A stretch of DNA of 34,214 nucleotides from Thraustochytrium aureum (lineage: Eukaryota). The translations under genes and the position numbers were made by a program. The notes below the pieces were generated by a model, which saw only the letters and a list, made by a program, of their open reading frames with translations, was not told the origin of the DNA and made no database searches. Where the stretch lies: positions 25,586 through 59,799 of the forward strand of contig BLSG01000349.1 in assembly GCA_012862495.1 (NCBI GenBank), written 5' to 3'. Shown piece by piece: positions 22,778 to 31,372 of the stretch (its first letter is position 1; every line of letters begins with the position of its first letter).

Positions 22778-23893
22778 CCCTGTCAAGCCGCCGCGCGGCG
22801 GCTCAAGGCCGGTGGGCGCTCAGCGGGGCGCCCGCGACGCCACACTCGCTAGGGCCCGGCAGGACCGCCTTGATCGCCGCCGAGTGCCTCGGCCTCGGCT
22901 TTGCTCGCTGCCTTGTGTGGGTTGTCCGCTAGCTCCCTGCTCGGTGGCGGCCTTTGCTGGCTCAACTGCGGCCTCGACGACGGTCTGTCACGTCAAGCTG
23001 TACAGGCCTGGTTGACGACGGCGCAAGGCCGTGTTGCCGCTGTCTGTCCACCGATGCACNNNNNNNNNNNNNNNNNNNNNNNNNNNNNNNNNNNNNNNNN
23101 NNNNNNNNNNNNNNNNNNNNNNNNNNNNNNNNNNNNNNNNNNNNNNNNNNNNNNNNNNNNNNNNNNNNNNNNNNNNNNNNNNNNNNNNNNNNNNNNNNNN
23201 NNNNNNNNNNNNNNNNNNNNNNNNNNNNNNNNNNNNNNNNNNNNNNNNNNNNNNNNNNNNNNNNNNNNNNNNNNNNNNNNNNNNNNNNNNNNNNNNNNNN
23301 NNNNNNNNNNNNNNNNNNNNNNNNNNNNNNNNNNNNNNNNNNNNNNNNNNNNNNNNNNNNNNNNNNNNNNNNNNNNNNNNNNNNNNNNNNNNNNNNNNNN
23401 NNNNNNNNNNNNNNNNNNNNNNNNNNNNNNNNNNNNNNNNNNNNNNNNNNNNNNNNNNNNNNNNNNNNNNNNNNNNNNNNNNNNNNNNNNNNNNNNNNNN
23501 NNNNNNNNNNNNNNNNNNNNNNNNNNNNNNNNNNNNNNNNNNNNNNNNNNNNNNNNNNNNNNNNNNNNNNNNNNNNNNNNNNNNNNNNNNNNNNNNNNNN
23601 NNNNNNNNNNNNNNNNNNNNNNNNNNNNNNNNNNNNNNNNNNNNNNNNNNNNNNNNNNNNNNNNNNNNNNNNNNNNNNNNNNNNNNNNNNNNNNNNNNNN
23701 NNNNNNNNNNNNNNNNNNNNNNNNNNNNNNNNNNNNNNNNNNNNNNNNNNNNNNNNNNNNNNNNNNNNNNNNNNNNNNNNNNNNNNNNNNNNNNNNNNNN
23801 NNNNNNNNNNNNNNNNNNNNNNNNNNNNNNNNNNNNNNNNNNNNNNNNNNNNNNNNNNNNNNNNNNNNNNNNNNNNNNNNNNNNNNNNNNNNN

Positions 23894-24018
23894 ACAGAAT
23901 TGTTCGTTGCGTGCGCACGTGTTCTCTTGTACACGTTGGAATTTTGGTGGTCCACAGAATTGTTCTTCGGGTGCGCACGTGTTCTCTTGTACACACAAGT
24001 AGGAACTTTTTGTGGCCG
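23894..24018. repeat. 60-bp tandem repeat (about two visible copies) at a gap edge
   Basis: acagaattgttc...gtgcgcacgtgttctcttgtacac at 23894 and again at 23954. Confidence 0.9.
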
Positions 24019-24746
24019 TTTGATTGATCGAGTTGGATCACGGAGCGAGCGGGCCGAGCAAGCTGGCTGCTCGGCGACTCGATTGCAGCAGCCTACCTAC
24101 CCTGCTCTGTACAGTATACCTACTGCTAGTACCTCGCTCCGTCGCTTCCTTGCTTGTTGGTTCGCAAGCCCCCTTGAGCAGATTCTCGACAATGATTGCA
24201 GGCTTCTCTGCTCAGCGTCGTTTTGCAGATCCACCTACCTACTATCTCCTTGGCCGCGACAGTGAGGCGGCGTGCGAACGCGCAGGTTCCCGGCACCAGA
24301 ATCTCGCTCAGCTCCGACGGAATTGTTCAACTGCTTCTGACGTTCAGTGTATGCAATGGAAAAGGAGATACTCTTTGATTGACGAGAAGAGCCGAGCCCA
24401 TCCGCTCCAGGGCGGCAGCAAGTCCTTGGCGCAGCAATTTGGGGTCGCGAAGGGCCAGGTCGCATTGACGAAAGTTGTCGCAGCAGCCTACGCTTGGTCG
24501 GATCTGGAAAGCGCCAGATCAACGGTAGGTACTTCTCTCGTATCGACACGGTTGCACCACGCTTGCCGATTGCCTGAGGCAGGCAGGCGCAGGCGACTTG
24601 CGCCAGGACGGTCACAAATCCAAAGTCGGCTCGCTCGGCATCTCCCGGTAAGTAGATTACCTCATCCCCAGAAAAGACAGTTACTGCTCGCCGTCACGGT
24701 CGGCTGGCCAGCGACTCGCACGGCTCTGCCACAAAATACCTACCGC

Positions 24747-24764
24747 CAAGGAGGATCCTCCTTG
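24747..24764. repeat. Perfect 18-bp palindrome CAAGGAGGATCCTCCTTG, copy 1
   Basis: Self-reverse-complementary; flanked by direct repeat CTACCGC at 24740-24746 and 24765-24771. Confidence 0.95.
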
Positions 24765-25099
24765 CTACCGCTCGGGAGCGGCGTGCTGCAGGAGCTCGGA
24801 GAATCCGGCTCGCTATCTGCGCGTGCTGCTCGCGCCTTGCTCGCCCCCGCTTGTGCCGGCCCCGCCAAAGAGGACGGACCCTCGCCGCCGCTGCAGAGTT
24901 TCGCAAGAGCTGGAATTCGATTCTGAACCTTGCACGGTAGGCAGGATGGCACATCACATGCGAATGGTTTTGCTAGCCGCGCAAGTATGATGCGTGCAGG
25001 CGCAGATCCTCCTCGTTCGAGCGCCAAGCCTCTACGGTACTCAGTAAGGTATACCTCTCGCGAGAGGGAGAGAGAAAGGACGTGGTAAGGTGACCCTTC

Positions 25100-25310
25100 T
25101 CATCGCCCCCCGCGTCGCTCGCGTGTGCGTGCGCGCGTGGCCACCGATGGGACTGGCGAGTCCCACAGCATCTTCAAGATGTCTTGTGGATGCCCCGGCC
25201 GCCCGCCTGGCCGAAATGCCCAGTACCGCCACCACCCAGACGGTCTTGAGATCAATGTGGCGGATTTGCTTGCCAAGCCCTGCGCCAAGTTGTTGCGATG
25301 CAGCGCCCCC
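25100..25310 (-). mobile_element. Possible Ty1/Copia RNase H C-terminal relic
   Basis: Minus strand GLGKQIRHIDLKTVWV...VLG...STRHL resembles the Copia GLGK.RHID...W...V.G..NPAD..TKHL pattern; followed by a G-rich PPT-like tract. Short and degenerate. Confidence 0.3.
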
Positions 25311-26000
25311 CCTGACGCCCTGCCAGTGGGGGTTGTAAGCGGCCACGCGCGGGAGGGGGGAAGAGGAGGGCGCCGGATCGACGTTCCTTTTTCTCACGGG
25401 CGGGCCTGTGCAGGCGCGGCGGCGCTCACTCCGCCCGATCACTTGCCACAAACTGCGGCCCCCTCGTCCGCCCCTTCGCGTCGCTTTGCGTGACTGTCGT
25501 CACTTGCTTGGTAGTCGCGCGTTGCGAGGCGGGGAGGGGTGGAAGATCTGTCAGCTTTTGAAAATGGCAAGAGACCAGCGGCCCCCTGGGGAAGCAAATG
25601 CCCGGGCTTGCTGCACGAAGGATTGCTCTCACCGACGTGGCCGAGGGAGCCCTGCCTGAATCCGTTCCTCTAGCTAGGCTCTTACCCAGCGTATGCCAGT
25701 GATCAGGGTCCTGGCCAAGCTCACAGCGAAAAGCAACCGACTCGGAGACAGTGTCGACGGTTTTCATTTCACAACGACCACGTAGGCGGGGCCAATGAAG
25801 AGACCAGACCATACCTAGCTAGCATCAAACCACGGAAAGCGAAAGGGGCGCTGTACCCTTGATCGCCCTCGCCAGCAGCACCGAGAATGGCCCTCCTTGG
25901 CCTCGTCACGTCGGTCGCCAATTCTAATCAAGATCGACCACCGCCAGCAAGAAAGGAATTGTGCCAACTTACTACCAAGTACTCTACATACCAACGCAAC

Positions 26001-26018
26001 CAAGGAGGATCCTCCTTG
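26001..26018. repeat. Perfect 18-bp palindrome CAAGGAGGATCCTCCTTG, copy 2
   Basis: Identical to 24747-24764; flanks ACGCAAC / ACGAAGC match at 5 of 7 positions. Confidence 0.95.
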
Positions 26019-26817
26019 ACGAAGCGGACGCGCGAAAAGCCCGTCAGTCTGGCTGACGTGCTTGCAGGCGTTCGAATGGCCCGCCGCAGGATATTTGTGC
26101 CGCAACGAGCTCGGACAGCCCGCCGGCGACGAATTCGAAACGAGCGGCTTGGGCCAGAATGCGCTTTGCAACTGAGCGGCATTCTGCTCGCCGCGCTGCT
26201 GTCCTGCTCGCGACGGACCTGGATATGCTTGGAGCCTGCTTGCGAACTCGAGCGGTCTTGCACTCTGCAAGGGCAGCACTTGCGATAGGCAGTGGAAATT
26301 TGTAACCTCGGAGCGGCGGACGGCACTGCTTCCCAAACGAGCAAGGCAAGCCCGAGCAAGTGCCGATGTGCGGCCAGCCATGCGGCCAGCCATGCGGCCG
26401 CCGCCTGCACGGCACGTGGTCCACAACTCCCACCCCCGTCCCCCCTCTCCCTTCTTCGCTCGTCAACAAACCTCACAACAAAGACCAAGCCGGCAGCCCG
26501 GGCGCTGCCAGCAACGCGCGATGTCTGCGCCTCTCCGCCGAAAATTGTGGCATGAGCCTGCCACTCGCTTGAAATCGTGGGTCGCGTCCTGCCCAGATTG
26601 CAAAAGGCCGCCGCACCGTGAACCTCCTCCCTACAGATAGATTGGAAACCCGCCTTGCTCTAGTTCGCTAGAGACCGCAGGCGACCGCTCGCTGCGAGCC
26701 GAACAGCTCGAGCAAGGCAGACCCGAAACGCGAGCTCGCAAAACCAACACAGCAGCAGCAGCAGCAAAAGCAAAGGCAGCAAAAAGCAGCGCCCCGCAAA
26801 AGCACACAGCAGCAACC

Positions 26818-28531
26818 ATGAAGTTCCCGCTTGCCATGGTGCTCGCCTTCACGGCGGGCGTCTCGGCCGAGTTCACTGGCGAGGCCACCGTGATGGGCAC
26901 CCCCGTGCCGCGCACGTACATTGCCCGCGCCACCGGTGCGGCCTGCAACACGCTCTCGAGCAGCATTGACCTGATGAAGCTCTCCATCGAGGGCGCCTCT
27001 GTGCGCAACCGCGAGCCGGCGCCACAAGCCTACCGCGTGGCCACTTCGTGCTACCTGACGTTTATGGGCGGCGAGACGCTCAAAACCGCGGTGGAGAAGA
27101 TGGACGGCGTCGAGGCTGTCGAAGCCGACCAGTACGTCGCCACCTTGGCCCCCAAGAGCTGGGGTCTCGACCGCGTCGACCAGGCCAGCCTCCCGCTCGA
27201 CAACAAGGAACTGCAGACTGCCTACACCGGCGCCGGTGTCAACATCTACGTGATCGACACCGGGATCAACAAGGATCACGTCGACTTTGGCGGCCGCGCC
27301 AGCTTTGGCGGCGACTTTGTCAACGAGGGCGCCGCGCCGGACAGGAACGGCCACGGTACTCACTGCAGCGGGACCGCCGCCGGCGGGTCCTACGGCATTG
27401 CCCGCGGCGCCAGAGTCATCGGTGTCAAGGTGCTCTCCGGCAGCGGCTCGGGCACCAACTCGGGCGTGATCGGCGGCATCGAATGGGCTGTCAACGACGC
27501 GGGGGCAAAGTCCGCTGTTCTTTCCATGTCGCTCGGAGGCGGCAAGTCGTCCGTCGTTGAAAACGCCGTCAAAGATGCCGTCGCCGCGGGCCACATTGTC
27601 GTAGTTGCGGCAGGCAACGAGAACCAGAACGCCTGCAACGTGTCGCCAGCCGGTGCCGGTGGCAACGCCGTCAACGGCGGGGTTATCACGGTGGGCAGCA
27701 CCACCGAGACGGACGGCCGCTCGAGTTTCTCCAACTACGGTTCCTGCGTGGACATCTTTGCGCCGGGCTCCTCGATCACCTCCGCGTGGTACACCTCCTC
27801 GACGGCCACCAACACAATCTCGGGCACCTCGATGGCCACCCCGCACGTCGCGGGTATCGCCGCCCTCTACCTGCAGAAGAACGGCGGGAACAAGGTTCAG
27901 GCGCAGGCTGACTTGATGGCCTCGGTGGCCTCCAACAAGATCTCTGGCGTCAACGGCTCGCCCAACAAGCTCGCGCAGGTGCCACTTGGCGGCAACCCTA
28001 CGCCGACCTCGCCGCCCGTCACGACCCCCGTCACCAACCCGACCCCGCGCCCCACGCCCCAGCCCACCCCTCAGCCGACCCCGAAGGCCGGCACCTGGAC
28101 CTGCCCCAACTCGTGGTTTGGCGCTGACGACGGCTGCGACTGCGAGTGCGGTGGCGGCGACCCGGACTGCTACGTCGACTACTCCAAGCTCTACTGCAAC
28201 GGCAACTCTGCCGAGTACTACGAGGTCTGCAACCTGATCACCGACAGATGCGTGCCGTACTGGACGCTGTCCAAGGCGGACGCCGAAGCTGCTGGCCGCA
28301 CGACCGATCCGTACCCGAGCAAGGAGCGCCCCGCGGAGCTTGTTGGCTGAGGAGTCGAGCTCCGTTGCCGTGCCGATTGCAGCGAGCCTCGCCGGTGTCG
28401 CGGCCTTCGTCGCTGTTGGCGCCGTCGTCGCTCGCCGCCGCCGCAACCAGGGCGCCCAGATGTCTTCGACGGTTGGCGGCTCGGTCGTCTCGCCGAGCAG
28501 CATCCCCCAAGACCAGAAGATCGACCTCTAA
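26818..28531 (+). CDS. Subtilisin S8A (proteinase K-like) serine protease: signal peptide, I9 propeptide, PT linker, Cys-rich module, probable C-terminal TM after a frameshift near 28335
   Basis: MKFPLAMVLAFTAGVSA signal; SWGLDRVDQ; catalytic VIDTG, HGTH, GTSMATPHVAG; AAGN oxyanion motif; the other frame gives VAVPIAASLAGVAAFVAVGAVVARRRR. As assembled, the first frame stops at 28350. Confidence 0.93.
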
Positions 28532-29097
28532 GCACGAGTTCGCATCCGGCTGCGTGCGGGTTGGGCCCCNNNNNNNNNNNNNNNNNNNNNNNNNNNNNNN
28601 NNNNNNNNNNNNNNNNNNNNNNNNNNNNNNNNNNNNNNNNNNNNNNNNNNNNNNNNNNNNNNNNNNNNNNNNNNNNNNNNNNNNNNNNNNNNNNNNNNNN
28701 NNNNNNNNNNNNNNNNNNNNNNNNNNNNNNNNNNNNNNNNNNNNNNNNNNNNNNNNNNNNNNNNNNNNNNNNNNNNNNNNNNNNNNNNNNNNNNNNNNNN
28801 NNNNNNNNNNNNNNNNNNNNNNNNNNNNNNNNNNNNNNNNNNNNNNNNNNNNNNNNNNNNNNNNNNNNNNNNNNNNNNNNNNNNNNNNNNNNNNNNNNNN
28901 NNNNNNNNNNNNNNNNNNNNNNNNNNNNNNNNNNNNNNNNNNNNNNNNNNNNNNNNNNNNNNNNNNNNNNNNNNNNNNNNNNNNNNNNNNNNNNNNNNNN
29001 NNNNNNNNNNNNNNNNNNNNNNNNNNNNNNNNNNNNNNNNNNNNNNNNNNNNNNNNNNNNNNNNNNNNNNNNNNNNNNNNNNNNNNNNNNNNNNNNG

Positions 29098-30483
29098 AAA
29101 GCCAAGGCGCTGCCGGAGGATGCTGGTAGCGCCAAGGGCTCCTGGCGGAGGCCACTCGGCGCTGTGGTCGTCGCGGTTGCTGCGGTTGTTCTGGGCGTGC
29201 AGCAAGGGTGGACCAGGGAGCTGGCCAGGAGGCTGTCGAACGAGAGCGCTGACGGCGAGCAGAACGCACAGGGCGAGGCGGCGAGCAGGGCGGCGTACAC
29301 GCGGCGCCCCCCGATTATCGAGCTGATGCCGGCGAACGCGAGCGAGACCTACGGCGTGGAGCGAGCCTCGGACCTGCCCTTCGTAAAGTTCTTGGGCGGC
29401 CCGCCGATAAGCGAGCGGCGCGAGCGGCCGATGGGGGCCCGGTTCCGCAACTTTTTCCGCCGGGATCTGACCATGTGGTGGGACGACGGGTCCGAGGAAG
29501 GCGTCTACTCTGGCGTGATCCGTGCAGGCGGGTTCAGCGCGACCAACACCTACACCACGCACACTTTTCACTTCCGCGACAAGGACTCGGGCGAGGATGT
29601 GGCCTCGCTCACCATGCACGACGACAGGCACCTGATGATCTTGGGCCCCGACGAGGACGACGTGGAAACGATCAACTCGCAAGAGTACAAGGACGCGCTC
29701 GCGGAGGAGATCTACCTCAAGGAGTTTTACAACGAGAACGGGTTCCCGTGGCTCTCCTACTACCCGCCCCACAAGCCGGTGCTCCCCTTCTGGCCAGCCG
29801 ACTTTGTGGGCCAGGTGCACAAGGTGCGCTCCTTCGTCGGGTACTTTACCAGCGAGACCGAGCAGTCGAGCGAGCCTGTCGACCTCAAGATCAAGGTCGT
29901 CTCGACCTCGCCTCGCGTCCTCCTGATCGAGGACCTGCTGAGCGAATTCGAGATCCAGCACATTGTCGCCCAGGGCCTCGGCGTGGTGCGCCGCTCAAGC
30001 GTGGGCAGCGCTCACGATGGCTTCGAGTCGGAGACGCGCACCAGCGACAATGGGTGGCTTTCGCGGCATAAGACCAAGCTGCTCGACACGGTGTACGACC
30101 GATTTGCGGACGCGCTTATGACGCCGGACAAGTACATGCGCGAGGGGCGCGGCGGCAACCTGGAGCAGCTGCAGTTCGTGCGTTACAAGCGCTCGCAAAA
30201 GTACGACGCGCACCACGACTTTGGGAACACGGGGCGCCCCAACCAGCGCTTCAGCACCCTGTTCATCTACCTGCAAACCCCAGAGGAGGGGGGCGCCACC
30301 TCCTTTCCCAAGGCGCAGCCCGAGGGCATCATGGTCAAGCCGCCGCCCGGCTCTGCGGCACTCTTCTACTCCATGACTCCGGATGGCAATGGCGACGACT
30401 ACAGTCTGCACGCCGGCATGCCTGTCACCAAGGGCGTCAAGCTTGGGTGCAACCTCTGGTCCTGGACCCCAAGCTACGAATAA
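29098..30483 (+). CDS. Prolyl 4-hydroxylase alpha-like 2OG-Fe(II) dioxygenase with N-terminal hydrophobic anchor and VHL-beta-like domain (5' end in gap)
   Basis: VVSTSPRVLLIEDLLS, RTSDNGWL, EQLQFVRY, AHHD (HxD), RFSTLFIYL, EGGATSFP, VKP...AALFY, SLHAGMPV, GVKLGCNLW (distal His and 2OG-binding Lys). Confidence 0.93.
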   Translation, partial: KAKALPEDAGSAKGSWRRPLGAVVVAVAAVVLGVQQGWTRELARRLSNESADGEQNAQGEAASRAAYTRRPPIIELMPANASETYGVERASDLPFVKFLGGPPISERRERPMGARFRNFFRRDLTMWWDDGSEEGVYSGVIRAGGFSATNTYTTHTFHFRDKDSGEDVASLTMHDDRHLMILGPDEDDVETINSQEYKDALAEEIYLKEFYNENGFPWLSYYPPHKPVLPFWPADFVGQVHKVRSFVGYFTSETEQSSEPVDLKIKVVSTSPRVLLIEDLLSEFEIQHIVAQGLGVVRRSSVGSAHDGFESETRTSDNGWLSRHKTKLLDTVYDRFADALMTPDKYMREGRGGNLEQLQFVRYKRSQKYDAHHDFGNTGRPNQRFSTLFIYLQTPEEGGATSFPKAQPEGIMVKPPPGSAALFYSMTPDGNGDDYSLHAGMPVTKGVKLGCNLWSWTPSYE

Positions 30484-31372
30484 GAAGGCAGCCAGCCAGC
30501 CATCGATCTTCTTGATTGAGAAAGCAACAGCTCTGCGAGCGGCAGACGCTCTTGGTTTCCTTTCCACTTGGCCCTCCTGGTCTCCGCTGCCTTGCGCGGC
30601 GACCGTGTCGGCTCGGACTGCCCCATCCCCGCCCGCTGGCGCGCATCCGAGGCCCGCTCGCGCTGCTCCCTGCGGGCAGAGCGAGGCGCGGACGCCATCT
30701 AGCACACCTNNNNNNNNNNNNNNNNNNNNNNNNNNNNNNNNNNNNNNNNNNNNNNNNNNNNNNNNNNNNNNNNNNNNNNNNNNNNNNNNNNNNNNNNNNN
30801 NNNNNNNNNNNNNNNNNNNNNNNNNNNNNNNNNNNNNNNNNNNNNNNNNNNNNNNNNNNNNNNNNNNNNNNNNNNNNNNNNNNNNNNNNNNNNNNNNNNN
30901 NNNNNNNNNNNNNNNNNNNNNNNNNNNNNNNNNNNNNNNNNNNNNNNNNNNNNNNNNNNNNNNNNNNNNNNNNNNNNNNNNNNNNNNNNNNNNNNNNNNN
31001 NNNNNNNNNNNNNNNNNNNNNNNNNNNNNNNNNNNNNNNNNNNNNNNNNNNNNNNNNNNNNNNNNNNNNNNNNNNNNNNNNNNNNNNNNNNNNNNNNNNN
31101 NNNNNNNNNNNNNNNNNNNNNNNNNNNNNNNNNNNNNNNNNNNNNNNNNNNNNNNNNNNNNNNNNNNNNNNNNNNNNNNNNNNNNNNNNNNNNNNNNNNN
31201 NNNNNNNNNNNNNNNNNNNNNNNNNNNNNNNNNNNNNNNNNNNNNNNNNNNNNNNNNNNNNNNNNNNNNNNNNNNNNNNNNNNNNNNNNNNNNNNNNNNN
31301 NNNNNNNNNNNNNNNNNNNNNNNNNNNNNNNNNNNNNNNNNNNNNNNNNNNNNNNNNNNNNNNNNNNNNNNA

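Noticed and set aside
23894..24018. CRISPR-like repeat
   Set aside because: Only two copies, the intervening parts are themselves similar, no cas genes, eukaryotic context.
22901..24265. Long ORFs spanning N-runs
   Set aside because: Length is an artefact of gaps translated as X.
24024..24926. 300-aa ORF as a real gene
   Set aside because: Non-ATG start, atypical composition and no domain beyond a weak HTH-like patch.
25245..25285. Plus-strand INVADLLAKP resembling Copia N.AD.LTKP
   Set aside because: Overlaps the better minus-strand HID motif and lacks upstream context; both cannot be real.
26668..28503. 611-aa antisense ORF (and similar ones at 15406-16743, 17460-18650, 18739-19911)
   Set aside because: Shadow frames of GC-rich genes with strong codon bias; no recognisable motifs.
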